Shown in pieces: positions 1 to 9,933 of a stretch of 64,000 nt of DNA. The notes beneath the pieces are model-generated. The model saw only the letters and a program-made list of their open reading frames with translations. It was not told the DNA's origin and ran no database searches. The DNA comes from an uncultured Actinomycetes bacterium (GTDB lineage: Bacteria; Actinomycetota; Thermoleophilia; UBA2241). The stretch's first letter is position 1; each line of letters opens with the position of its first letter. The DNA is taken from assembly GCA_963767005.1 (NCBI GenBank), contig CAVYCN010000019.1, forward strand, positions 96,001-160,000. Direction: 5' to 3'. Position numbers and translations under genes: made by a program.

Positions 1-2527
1 GCTCGGCCACGGCGTCGACCGACAGGCTGCGCGCCTCGCACTGCCGGGTGTCGTTGATCAGCACGGTGTGCAGCACCTGGTCGTGGGAGAGGATCGCGTT
101 CGCCGAGATCTCGGTCACCGCGTTCACCAGGAACTGGAAGAGGTTCTGGTACTGGCGGAACGTGAAGTTGTGGCTGCCGAAGCTGCTGTTCAGCATGTCG
201 AGGTTGGCGACAAGCGCGCGCGAGTCGACGCCCTCGACTGCGAGAGCGCGCTGGAAACGGCCGATCGCCTCGCACATGCGCTCCAGCGACCAGCGCGTGA
301 CGTAGGGCTCGATGCCCTCGGCCACGAGGTCGTCGAACAGCCGGTCGACCAGGCTCTCCACCCGGAACGACAGCCCCAGGGCGTCGAACTTCGGCTCGGC
401 GTAGTTGCCGTAGATCGACGGGATGCCGGCCGCGATGTGGCGCTTCTGGTAGATGTTCTCGGTCGAGGTCGAGGTCGCCGGGTCGAGGATGATCGCCTTG
501 AGCTCCTCGAGGACGGTCAGCGCGGCGTCGAGCAGGCGGTCCCGCCGCGCCGGCGCGGGATCACGCTGCCAGGCGGTGAGGGCCCGCTGGAACCGGCGCC
601 GGCTGCCGGCGTCGAGGGCGAGGTGCCGGGCCACCGCGTGGCCGACCTCGGGGGCGGCCAGCGAGTACTTGGCCGTAAGGAGCTGCACGGTGCGCACCAT
701 GAGCGCCACGCGGCGGCGCCCGCTGTCGTCGGGCGCGCCGCCGTCGGAAGGCGGCGCAAGCTCGGCGAGCAGCGCCGCCGGGTCGAGCCCGAGCCGTGCG
801 GCGAGCGCGTCGGGCGACAGGGCGGCGAGCCGGTCGATGAAGGCGTGGACGGCCTCGGCGTCGGTCGGGGGCGTGCCGTCGGGCAGCAGCGTGAGCAGGG
901 CCTCGTGCGGCCCCTGGGCCCACTCGCCCTCGTCGCGCACGGCCTCGAACGTGGTCTCCGAGACGTAGGGCGCAAGGCCCGCCGGGTCGAGCGTCAGCCA
1001 GTAGCGCAGCACCTCGCGGCTGAAGTCGACCATGCGGTTCGACGACTCGGCGTGCAACTGCTTGCGCAGGAAGTGCACGAGCGAGTCGTGACGCCCGCAG
1101 AGCTCGTCCACACCGGTCGACACGGTACGCAGCTCGCCCTCGGCCCCGACCTCGTTGAAGAACACCGGCAGCGTCCGCAGGAGCTGCTTGGCGACGAAGT
1201 AGATGGGCCTGATATCGGCGTTCAGGAAGCGCGTGACGTCGCGCTGGAACAGGTCGGTGTCGGCGATGTACACGCCGCCCAGCTTGAGCTGCACGTTGAG
1301 GGCCGCCGCGAGGCGCTCGTAGAGCGCCGGGTTGGACTCGATGATGCGCAGCCAGCAGCGGATCTTGGGCAGGTGGTACGGGTTGACCATGGTCGCCCAG
1401 TCGTCGGTCGCGCCACGGATCTCGGGGTACTGGAAGCGCCACGACAGCACGTCGGCGACGAGGTGGTCGACGGCCTTCACGTTGGAGGCCTCGCCGATCG
1501 CCTCACCGATCGCCTCGTAGCACTTGAAGCGCATCAGCAGGAACTGGTTGTCGCGGTCGCGGAAGAAGGCGGTCAACCGGCTCAGGATCATGTCGACGTC
1601 CATGCCACGGTCGGGCCGCAGCATCTGTTTGACGACGTCGAGCAGCTCGACCATGGCCTCCTTCTGGCGGTAGCCGAGCACGTCGTCCTTCAAGAAGAAG
1701 AGGCACACCGCGAAGCGATCCTCGATGTTGCGCACGTCGAACAGGCGGCCGATGGCGCGCTCGAGCAGCTCAGAGAAGAGCGGCAGGTCGGGCGAGACGA
1801 GCTCCTCGCCGGGCGCCTCGTCGGCGGCGCAGATGAGCTCGAGCAGGCGGCCTCCGGCGAGGAACTCGAAGTGCGCGGCGACGTCGGCGGGATCGGTCAG
1901 GCCGGCGACCTGCACGGTCGCCCAGCTCGGCACGTCGAGGCGCTCCTCGAGACGCCGGTAACCGGCCAGCAGCACGCCGCGGTGGAGCTCGCCGAACACC
2001 CCGGCCAGAGCGGGGCGCCGCGCGACGCGCTCGACGACGTCGCGCAGCAGCGCGTCGCGCTCGAGGAAGGCCGCGGTCTGACGCGGCAGCAACGCCTCGA
2101 GGGTCGCGCCGACCGCCGCCAGACCGGCGTCGTAGGCCTCGCCGTGCGGCCCCCTGAGGGCGCCGACGCACCAGAGCAGCAGCGTGCGCAGCAGCAGCGA
2201 GAACTGCTCGGGCGTGAGCGCCGAGTCGAGCAGCCCGAGCACGAGCTCGGCGAGCAGCTCGAAGAGCGCGGCGCGGTCGTCGGCGCCCTCGAAGTGGGCC
2301 CAGTTGCGCAGCAGGGTGACCTGGAAGCCGTCGATCAGCAGGTCGGCGTTGCGGTAGTCGTGGAAGTACTCGCCCATGGTCTCGGCGAGCGCGGCGCGCA
2401 CGCCGTACAGGCCGTCGACCGCCCGCAACAGCGGCAGGTAACGCTCGGGGATGACGACGTCCTGCGCCGTGCTCGCGAGGTTCGCGCGCAGCGCGTCGGA
2501 GTCGAAGGGCACGACCGGTCTACTCAT
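1..2527 (-). CDS. Large PEP/pyruvate-binding domain (pyruvate phosphate dikinase-like) family protein, N-terminal ~840 aa, runs off the window edge
   Basis: Own translation from ATG 2527 (MSRPVVPFDSDALRANLAST...) stays open to the window end and includes ENIYQKRHIAAGIPSIYGNYAEPKFDALG, which I recall from long PPDK-like proteins of anaerobes. Absent from the ORF track because no stop lies in the window. Confidence 0.6.
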   Translation of the reverse strand, partial: MSRPVVPFDSDALRANLASTAQDVVIPERYLPLLRAVDGLYGVRAALAETMGEYFHDYRNADLLIDGFQVTLLRNWAHFEGADDRAALFELLAELVLGLLDSALTPEQFSLLLRTLLLWCVGALRGPHGEAYDAGLAAVGATLEALLPRQTAAFLERDALLRDVVERVARRPALAGVFGELHRGVLLAGYRRLEERLDVPSWATVQVAGLTDPADVAAHFEFLAGGRLLELICAADEAPGEELVSPDLPLFSELLERAIGRLFDVRNIEDRFAVCLFFLKDDVLGYRQKEAMVELLDVVKQMLRPDRGMDVDMILSRLTAFFRDRDNQFLLMRFKCYEAIGEAIGEASNVKAVDHLVADVLSWRFQYPEIRGATDDWATMVNPYHLPKIRCWLRIIESNPALYERLAAALNVQLKLGGVYIADTDLFQRDVTRFLNADIRPIYFVAKQLLRTLPVFFNEVGAEGELRTVSTGVDELCGRHDSLVHFLRKQLHAESSNRMVDFSREVLRYWLTLDPAGLAPYVSETTFEAVRDEGEWAQGPHEALLTLLPDGTPPTDAEAVHAFIDRLAALSPDALAARLGLDPAALLAELAPPSDGGAPDDSGRRRVALMVRTVQLLTAKYSLAAPEVGHAVARHLALDAGSRRRFQRALTAWQRDPAPARRDRLLDAALTVLEELKAIILDPATSTSTENIYQKRHIAAGIPSIYGNYAEPKFDALGLSFRVESLVDRLFDDLVAEGIEPYVTRWSLERMCEAIGRFQRALAVEGVDSRALVANLDMLNSSFGSHNFTFRQYQNLFQFLVNAVTEISANAILSHDQVLHTVLINDTRQCEARSLSVDAVAE

Positions 2528-2720
2528 GGCATCTCAGATGATACCTGCTCACCGCCGCGGTCGCGGTGTGCGGCGCCGGCCGGGCGGCGGGGCGTGCAGC
2601 GGGCGTCACCCGCGCGCCTCGGGGTCGGGGGCTGACACCCCGAGGCGCGCGGGCGACCGTTCGCCGGCGTCGTCGATGTCGACGGACGAGCGCGTTCGTG
2701 CGGCGCTCGTCCCCGGCGCT

Positions 2721-4502
2721 CTAGCGCTCTCGCAGCTCGCGAGTGGCGGCCTCGTCGATCGCACCGTCCTTGATGACGACGCCGTAGACGTCCCTCGCCC
2801 GCTCGCAGGAGATGCGCTGCTCGAGCACGTCGTGCAGGACTCGCTCGGCGCTGCGCTCGCGCGGCGAACCGTAGCCGCCTCCGCCACAGCACTTCGAGAC
2901 GATCGCCTCTCCGGGGGCGACCGTCACCAGCCCCAGGCCACGGGTGGGCGCCGCGACGACCTCGCCGCTAGCCAGCCGCCGCCACGCCCCGGCGGGGCCG
3001 CCGGACCCGCCGCCGCGGACACCCTCGGCCGGGTACATCGTGCCGTCGTTCACATAGAAGACCTCGACGTCGGTGCCGACGGCTTCCATGACGGTCATCG
3101 CCCCGGGCGATCCGCATGTTCGACCGGCGCCCTCGCTGTCGGGGATGAGGCGCTGCTCCAGGACTCTGATGGGGAAGGAGATCTCGTCGATCTCGGTGCT
3201 GTCGAGCATGCCCATGCCCAGCGTGACGATGTCGGTCGACGTGAGCCAGCCGTCGGCGTACGGAGTGGCCGCGCCGCCGGTCAGGCCGTGCAGGAAGACC
3301 TCGTTGACGAACGGGGCGCCGTCCTTGCGCGGATCGTTGCCCGAGATCACCCCGACGGCGGGCGGGAGCAGCAGGCCGTACTCGGCCCGCCCCATGCCGT
3401 CGCCGAGCTCCGCCATGGCGTGCGCCACGGCGTTGGCGACACGGTCGACGAGGTCGGTCGTGCAGGCGGAGCAGCTGAACGGGTGCCGGGTGATGCCGAC
3501 GATGCAGTTCTCGCGAAGATGCACACGGATGCGGCGCTGGCTGCCGCCGTTGAACGGCACGTCGGCACAGATGCCGCAGAAGACACCCGCCATCGCCCCG
3601 GCGAGCGAGGACGACTCGCTCAGGTTGAGCCCGAACGGCTGATTGTCGATATTGTCGCGCAGGTCGACGTCGATCATCGCCTCAGCGGGGTCGACCTGCA
3701 CGGTCACGTTGACGGGAAGGTCGTCGAGGCCGGGCACCGGGTCGTGGTGGCCGTGCACCGTCACTGTGCCGCCGGCGAGGCCCTTGATCGCCTCGGCCAT
3801 GACCTGCTCGCTGTAGTGGAACCACTGGTCGACGAAGTCGTCGAGCGCCTTCCAGCCGACCTCGCGGCCGAACTCGAGGATCTCGCGCTCACCGATGCGT
3901 GCCGAGCCGATCAGGGCCAGATAGTCGCCCCACCACTGCTCGGGCACACGGATGCGCAGCTTGCACATCCGGATGACGTCTTCGATGTCCTTGTAGTCGC
4001 TCTGCACCTTGACGCACGGGAAGATCAACGCGCCTTCCTCGTAGACGTCTTTGGCGGTGCTGAAGTACGTGGTCGGCACCGAGTTGCCGCAGTCCGCCTG
4101 GTGCCCCTTGACGAGCGACGTGAAGCGATGCACGCCCTGCTCGTCGAAGATGGGGACGAGCACCGACCAGTCCGCCGCGTGCGTGTTGCCGTGGTAGGGA
4201 GAGTTGTTGAGGAAGGCGTCGCCTGGCTTAAGGTCGGGCTGCGCCTCGAGCAGGGCCTCACCCAGGAGGTGGCTGTTCATGACGTGGAGCGGCTCCGCTT
4301 CGGCCATGGCCAACAGGCTGCCGTCGGCCGACAGCAGGCAGCACGAGAAGTCCTTGGCGGTGTTCAGCACGCCGGACCGGGCCGACCGCAGGAGCGTGTT
4401 GGTCATGCGCGTGACGATGCCGTTCATGCGGCTGTTCATGATCGCGAGCTGGACGCCGTTGAGCCGAGTCCTGGTCTCCGGCGTGGCCGCCTCTGGATTC
4501 AT
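2721..4502 (-). CDS. Hydantoinase B / 5-oxoprolinase beta subunit family
   Basis: LRSARSGVLNTAKDFSC, NSPYHGNTHAAD, GHQADCG, CGGGGYG motifs; GGAGG upstream of ATG 4502. Confidence 0.9.
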   Translation of the reverse strand: MNPEAATPETRTRLNGVQLAIMNSRMNGIVTRMTNTLLRSARSGVLNTAKDFSCCLLSADGSLLAMAEAEPLHVMNSHLLGEALLEAQPDLKPGDAFLNNSPYHGNTHAADWSVLVPIFDEQGVHRFTSLVKGHQADCGNSVPTTYFSTAKDVYEEGALIFPCVKVQSDYKDIEDVIRMCKLRIRVPEQWWGDYLALIGSARIGEREILEFGREVGWKALDDFVDQWFHYSEQVMAEAIKGLAGGTVTVHGHHDPVPGLDDLPVNVTVQVDPAEAMIDVDLRDNIDNQPFGLNLSESSSLAGAMAGVFCGICADVPFNGGSQRRIRVHLRENCIVGITRHPFSCSACTTDLVDRVANAVAHAMAELGDGMGRAEYGLLLPPAVGVISGNDPRKDGAPFVNEVFLHGLTGGAATPYADGWLTSTDIVTLGMGMLDSTEIDEISFPIRVLEQRLIPDSEGAGRTCGSPGAMTVMEAVGTDVEVFYVNDGTMYPAEGVRGGGSGGPAGAWRRLASGEVVAAPTRGLGLVTVAPGEAIVSKCCGGGGYGSPRERSAERVLHDVLEQRISCERARDVYGVVIKDGAIDEAATRELRER

Positions 4503-4531
4503 TCCGACCTCCACCTTGTCGCCGCCCATGA

Positions 4532-6607
4532 TCAGCGTCCCGTCGTGTCGTCGTGGCTCAGCAGCAGGTTCCCCAGCCGGGAGCGGACCGCGACGGCGCC
4601 GGGTTCGACGACGACCGTCGTGAGCGGTGACTCCACCAGCGCCGGCCCGGAGACCGGCTCGTCTTCGGCGAGGACGGAGAACTCGACCACCGGGGTCGAG
4701 ACGAGCCCCACGCCGGGGAACCAGGCCTGGCGAGCGCCGTGCTTCGGGACGGCGCCCTCGGCTCCGACCGCGGTCAGCTCGGTCTCGCGCAGGCGACACT
4801 CCGCCCGTGCCCGCCAGCCCACCACCTCGATGGGCGACTGCGGGTCGCTGACGGCGAACACCTCCTGATGGATGTCGTGAAAGCCCTGTCGCAGGGCGTC
4901 GACGTCGTTTGCGCCGGCGAAGCGATCCGCCTGCAGCACGACGGGCAGCTCCCAGATCTGGTCGGGGTAGCGCGTGTCGGCCGAGTAGCTGATCGAGGCG
5001 GACAGCGTGCCTTCGCCGGCGCCGTCGACGAAGGCCTGCGCCTTCTTCTCGAGGTCGCGGAGCACGGCGTTGACGCCGGTCAGATCGAACCCGTCGCTCG
5101 TCGTGACGAAGGTCGCCGCGTATTCGGCGGTGAGGTCGGACAGCAGCATGCCGACGGCGCTCAGGACTCCCCCGAACTGCGGGATGATGACGCGGTCGCA
5201 ACCGAGCCGCCGGCCGACGATGGACGCGTTCAAGCCGGCGGCGCCGCCGCCGCCGATCAGGACCGCCTCCGCCGGGTCGATGCCCTGGTCGATCGTGATC
5301 GCACCGATCGCCTGGACCATGTTCTCGGTCGCCACCTCGAGGACGGCGTAGGCCGTCTCGCAGACGTCGAGCCCGAGGCGCACCCCGAGGTCGGCGAGCG
5401 CCTGGCGCGACGACCCCGCGTCCAACTTCATGGCGCCGCCCAGGAAGTAGTCCGAGTCGAGGTAGCCCAGTACGAGGCACGCGTCGGTCACGGTCGGCTC
5501 CGTGCCACCGCGCCCGTAGCAGATGGGGCCGGGGTCGGCCCCCGCGCTGCGCGGGCCGACGTGCAGCAGACCGTGCTGGTCGACCCAGGCGATGCTGCCG
5601 CCGCCGGCCCCCACGCTGCGCACGTCGACCGAGGGGAAGCCGGTCATGTGGCCCACGAACCGCGGCCCGATCCAGGTCTCCACGGTCGTCGGGATGCGGC
5701 CCCTCTGCACGACGCTGACGTCGTAGGTGGTGCCCCCCGTGTCGGCCACGACGACGGTCTTGTGGCCGGTCTCCGACGCGGCGATGCTGCGCCCGGCGAT
5801 AGGCGCCATCGCCGGGCCGGAGTTCAGGGCGTGGATCGGCGCGTCGGCCACCTCGCGCGCATCGGCCACGCCCCCGTTCGACGTCGACACCAGCAGCCTG
5901 CCGGCGAACCCCGCCTCTCTGAGGCGTTGCTCGAGACCGTGGAGGTACTCGCTCATCACCGGCTTGAGCGAGGCGTCGATCACGGTGGCCGACGCCCTGC
6001 GGTACTCCCTGAGGATCGGATTGAGCTTGTGCGACAGCGTGCAGGAGATGCCGGGCGCGTGCTCGGCCAGCAGCTCACCCACGCGCAGCTCGTGAGCGGG
6101 ATTGATGGTCGAGAAGAGCAGGCAGACGCCGACGGCCTCTACCCCGCGCTCCCGCAGCCCGGCGATGATCCTCACCGTCTCCTCTTCGTCGAGCGCGCGC
6201 ACGATCTCGCCGTCGTAGGCGATGCGTTCGGGGATCTCGAAGGTGAGCGAACGCGGCACGTAGGGCTCGGGAAACTCCTGGAAGGCGTCGAACGGCTTCT
6301 CCTTGCCGCCCTCCCGATTCACCAGTATCTCGGGGTGCCCCCAGGTCGTGAAGAACGCGGTCCTCGCCACCGTCCCGGTGACGACCGCGTTGATCGCTCG
6401 CGTCGTGCCGTGGATCAGCATCTCGCAGCGCGAGAGCAGCTCCTGCTGCGTCGTGCCGAGCTGCTTCGCGGCGCTCTCGACCACGTCCAGCACCCCGACG
6501 ATCGGGTCGTGTGGCGTCGTGGGCGCCTTGAACTGATGCAGCTTCCCGGCGTCGTCCTCCACCGCGAGATCGGTGAAGGTCCCTCCAGTGTCGATCGCAA
6601 ACCGCAT
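4532..6607 (-). CDS. Hydantoinase A / oxoprolinase alpha subunit family (ATP-binding)
   Basis: IDTGGTFTD, DTGGTTYD, SVGAGGGS, SAGADPGP, GGGAAGL motifs; GAGGAGG RBS. Confidence 0.92.
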   Translation of the reverse strand: MRFAIDTGGTFTDLAVEDDAGKLHQFKAPTTPHDPIVGVLDVVESAAKQLGTTQQELLSRCEMLIHGTTRAINAVVTGTVARTAFFTTWGHPEILVNREGGKEKPFDAFQEFPEPYVPRSLTFEIPERIAYDGEIVRALDEEETVRIIAGLRERGVEAVGVCLLFSTINPAHELRVGELLAEHAPGISCTLSHKLNPILREYRRASATVIDASLKPVMSEYLHGLEQRLREAGFAGRLLVSTSNGGVADAREVADAPIHALNSGPAMAPIAGRSIAASETGHKTVVVADTGGTTYDVSVVQRGRIPTTVETWIGPRFVGHMTGFPSVDVRSVGAGGGSIAWVDQHGLLHVGPRSAGADPGPICYGRGGTEPTVTDACLVLGYLDSDYFLGGAMKLDAGSSRQALADLGVRLGLDVCETAYAVLEVATENMVQAIGAITIDQGIDPAEAVLIGGGGAAGLNASIVGRRLGCDRVIIPQFGGVLSAVGMLLSDLTAEYAATFVTTSDGFDLTGVNAVLRDLEKKAQAFVDGAGEGTLSASISYSADTRYPDQIWELPVVLQADRFAGANDVDALRQGFHDIHQEVFAVSDPQSPIEVVGWRARAECRLRETELTAVGAEGAVPKHGARQAWFPGVGLVSTPVVEFSVLAEDEPVSGPALVESPLTTVVVEPGAVAVRSRLGNLLLSHDDTTGR

Positions 6608-6642
6608 TCGTGCGCCTCCTCAGGCAGCAGCGCGCGCTGCCC

Positions 6643-8130
6643 CTATTCGAGCTCCGCCATCACGTTCGCACCGTTGTCTCCGACCTGTCCCGCGCGGACC
6701 AGCCACTCCTTGTCCTTGCTCGCAGCCTTTGACAACAGGATCGCGCCACCCACGGCGACCCAGACTCCGACCAGAGGCAGTGCCCACGCCCCGGGCCCGG
6801 TCGGCAGCGGGACGAACGACTTCCACAACACGTAGAGGACCACGCCACCGGCGACCACCGGCATGACGGCGTGCTTCCAGACGTTGAACTCACTTCTTCT
6901 CTCGACAAAGTAGTACTTCACAACACCGGCGCAGGCAAACACGTAAATACACACAGTTCCTAACGTGAATACCAGTCCGTACACGTAGTATCCATTTGTG
7001 GTGCCAAAACCGATGCCTAGGACAAGACCGGCGATCGTCCCGATGATCCACTGCGGATAGAGGATCTTTGTCGGTACCTTGTTCTTCGCGACGGTAGCCC
7101 AGCTGTTCGGCAAGACTCCTGACCGCGCCATGCCGTACAGCATCCTGTTACAGGCCGTGCCGGCAGACAATGTCGCCCCGAGACACGAGTTGATGAGGGC
7201 GACCAGAATGAGCCACCACAACGGTCCCCAGAACTTATGCGCGAGAGTGAGACCAGGGAGAACCGCCGCCGAGCTGAACTCCTTTATGTTGTCGATGCCG
7301 TAGCCGGTGAGAAGGCCGTACGACGTGAGAACCACGAACGCGACCAGAAAGACGACCGCCATCCACATCGCGCGCGGCACCATGTGGCGAGGGTTGCGCG
7401 TCTCTTCCGCGATCGGGGCTACCGTTTCCCACGTCGTGTAGATGAACACGGCGAACACCAGCGCCAGGAACAGGGTGTGCGCGTTGGGAGCCGAGGCGGG
7501 GCTGAACGGCCGCAGACTGACCCCGCCCTTGCCTGGGTCGGCTATCCCCCACAGCGCCAGCAGAAGCAGGAGGGACATCTCACCGGCGCCGAGGATGGCT
7601 GCCGTCTTGACGGACAGGGAGATGCCGCGGCTCGCCGCGTACAGCACGCCGCCCATGAAGACCAGATACCAGGCCCACCACGGAATGTTGACGTTGGCCG
7701 CGTTGAGGACTTCGAGGTGCAGGACACCGCTGAGCATGAGACAGACGCCGGCGCCCGCGATGATCATGGCGCCCAGGTAGAGCCACGTCGCCATGAAGCC
7801 CCAATAGGGGTTCAGCGACCGGCTCACATACGCGTAGAAACCACTTGCCGACGGCAGGTGCTTGGCGAGCTGACTCGATGAGAGCGCCACGAGCAGCATC
7901 AGGATGCCGCCCATCACCATGGCGAACGGCGCGGCCAGCCCGGCGTTGATGGCGATGAACTGCACGATGAACATGACGCTGAGGGTCGGACCGGAAGATG
8001 TGATGGCGGTGATGACGGAGCCACCCAGCCCGATGGCTCCAGCCCGCAGTTCCGTCGTGACAACCGGTACTTCGTGCTCACCCGTCGTCTTCACAGCGGT
8101 GAGTGGTCGCGTCAGATCCTCTGTGTCCAT
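6643..8130 (-). CDS. APC-family amino acid permease
   Basis: 495 aa with about 12 hydrophobic segments, PSASGFYAY, WETVAPIAEETRNP; AGGAGG RBS. Confidence 0.9.
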   Translation of the reverse strand: MDTEDLTRPLTAVKTTGEHEVPVVTTELRAGAIGLGGSVITAITSSGPTLSVMFIVQFIAINAGLAAPFAMVMGGILMLLVALSSSQLAKHLPSASGFYAYVSRSLNPYWGFMATWLYLGAMIIAGAGVCLMLSGVLHLEVLNAANVNIPWWAWYLVFMGGVLYAASRGISLSVKTAAILGAGEMSLLLLLALWGIADPGKGGVSLRPFSPASAPNAHTLFLALVFAVFIYTTWETVAPIAEETRNPRHMVPRAMWMAVVFLVAFVVLTSYGLLTGYGIDNIKEFSSAAVLPGLTLAHKFWGPLWWLILVALINSCLGATLSAGTACNRMLYGMARSGVLPNSWATVAKNKVPTKILYPQWIIGTIAGLVLGIGFGTTNGYYVYGLVFTLGTVCIYVFACAGVVKYYFVERRSEFNVWKHAVMPVVAGGVVLYVLWKSFVPLPTGPGAWALPLVGVWVAVGGAILLSKAASKDKEWLVRAGQVGDNGANVMAELE

Positions 8131-8450
8131 TGCTACCTCCTATGCGACGTAGTCCGTAGCTATGCGAAACAGCACGCCATGTGTGGCGGAGACGCTGGTG
8201 GTTGCCGAGGGCACCGCGGACAAGGGACAGTCTGGGCGCAGCTCACCGGCAACGGCCGGTGATCCCCATACGGCCGGGTACGACGACACGCGCTGCTCCA
8301 GAGCGCTTGAACCCCCCTCTCTCTCGATCGGCGCGGCCGCCGGCACTCATCCGACGCCTCCCCCAACGGTGCGGGCCGGTGATCGGTCGCTACAGCCGCT
8401 CGAGCATAGAGCTCCGATGCCCTTCGGCATTGTGTCCACTACGTCGCGGC

Positions 8451-8501
8451 ATCGTATACGAAGTGTATGGAGAAGCTATTCTGTGGAGAGTGCGCTGTCA
8501 A
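8451..8501 (-). promoter_or_regulatory. sigma70-type promoter plus direct-repeat operator (site A)
   Basis: Minus strand: TTGACA-17 nt-TAGCTT followed by TCCATAC-ACTT-CGTATAC. Confidence 0.75.
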
Positions 8502-8564
8502 GGGCGTGTCACGAGAACGACCGCGCGACGAACCGCGCGGAGATCGGGCTCCAGGGGCGGCGGG

Positions 8565-9236
8565 TCAGTAGGCATCCGTCCTCACGTCCGCGGCAACCTC
8601 GTAGCGCATCCCGGTCGCGGCGCGGATATCGTCGACGGTGTAGCCGCGGGCGGTCTCGCTGAGCACGAAACCCGCGCCGGGCGAGCGCCGAAAGAGCGCG
8701 CGCTCGGTGATGATCACGTCGCACTCCCCCACGCCCGTGAGCGGCAGAGTGCACCGCTGGACGAGCTTCGGCGATCCGTCCTTGGCGCAGTGCTCCGTGA
8801 GCACGTAGACGCGCCGTGCGCCGGCGACCAGGTCCATCGCCCCGCCCATGCCGATCTTGCGGCCGGGCATCTCGTAGTTGGCGATGTTGCCGTCCGCGTC
8901 GACCTGGAGCGTGCCGATCATGGTGGCGTCGATGTGCCCCCCGCGGATCATGGCAAAGGACACGGCGCTGTCGACGTAGCACCCGCCGGGCAGGAGGGTC
9001 ACCGGCAGGTTGCCGGCGTTCCTGCGGTCCGGCTCCTCGGTCCCGGGCGGCGACACCGGGCCGGCCCTGACGATGCCGTTCTCGGCCTGGATCACCACGT
9101 CGTGCCCGCCGGGCAGGTAGTTGGCGACCAGCATCGGGATGCCGGCGCCGAGATTGATCACGTCGCCGTCGTGCAGCTCGGCCGCCGCCCGCGCGGCGAT
9201 GACGCACCTGCTGTCAGCCGCTGGCTCCACGTGCAT
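8565..9236 (-). CDS. 3-oxoacid CoA-transferase subunit B (family I)
   Basis: INLGAGIP, QAENG (catalytic Glu position), IRGGHID, GMGGAMDL. Confidence 0.9.
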   Translation of the reverse strand: MHVEPAADSRCVIAARAAAELHDGDVINLGAGIPMLVANYLPGGHDVVIQAENGIVRAGPVSPPGTEEPDRRNAGNLPVTLLPGGCYVDSAVSFAMIRGGHIDATMIGTLQVDADGNIANYEMPGRKIGMGGAMDLVAGARRVYVLTEHCAKDGSPKLVQRCTLPLTGVGECDVIITERALFRRSPGAGFVLSETARGYTVDDIRAATGMRYEVAADVRTDAY

Positions 9237-9933
9237 GGGGACCTCCTTTCGCCGGTCCGGCGGCTGCGGCCGTAGCGGCGCTCGCGCGCACGACCGCGTC
9301 GACGAAGATCCCACAGGTCTGGATGCGCTCGGGGTCGAGCTCGCCGGGGCAGCAGACATGGTCGACCTCGGCGATGACGTACTCGGCGCAGCTCGCGACG
9401 ATCGGCGCGTAGTTGCGAGCGGTCCCGCGATGGCACAGGTTGCCGACCGTGTCGCCGGCGTGCGCCCGCACGAGACCGACGTCGACGCGCACCGCCCGCT
9501 CCCAGAAGTAGGTCGTGCCGTCGATCGTCACGTGCTCCTTGCCTTCGGCCACGGCAGTGCCCACCCCGGTGGGCGTCAGAAAACCACCGAGGCCGGCCCC
9601 GCCGCAGCGCAACATCTCGATGAGATTGCCCTGCGGCACCCATACAAGCTCGAGCAGCCCCCGCTCCACCGCCCCCGTCACGGCGGGGGTGTAGCCGAGG
9701 TGGCAGCAGTAGAGCCTGGCGACCTTGCCGGCCAACACGAGCTCGACGATGCCGTCGTCGCCGAACCCGGCGTCGTTGGCGTAGATCGTGAGGTCGCCGA
9801 CGTCGCTGTCGCGCAGCGCCCGGATCAGCGTGAGCGGGGCGCCCTGGCCCAGGAACCCGCCGATCGCCAGCGTCATGCCGGAAGCCACCCGCGACACGGC
9901 GGCGTCGAGCGAGAGCACCTTGTTGCAAGCCAT
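9214..9933 (-). CDS. 3-oxoacid CoA-transferase subunit A (family I)
   Basis: GMTLAIGGFLGQGAP, PQGNLIEMLRCGGAGLGGFLTPTGVGT, GNL..RGTARNY. Confidence 0.9.
   Translation of the reverse strand: MACNKVLSLDAAVSRVASGMTLAIGGFLGQGAPLTLIRALRDSDVGDLTIYANDAGFGDDGIVELVLAGKVARLYCCHLGYTPAVTGAVERGLLELVWVPQGNLIEMLRCGGAGLGGFLTPTGVGTAVAEGKEHVTIDGTTYFWERAVRVDVGLVRAHAGDTVGNLCHRGTARNYAPIVASCAEYVIAEVDHVCCPGELDPERIQTCGIFVDAVVRASAATAAAAGPAKGGPHARGASG

Noticed and set aside
68-2635. 855-aa + strand ORF
   Set aside because: Antisense shadow of the real minus-strand gene; no recognisable motifs, typical of high-GC DNA
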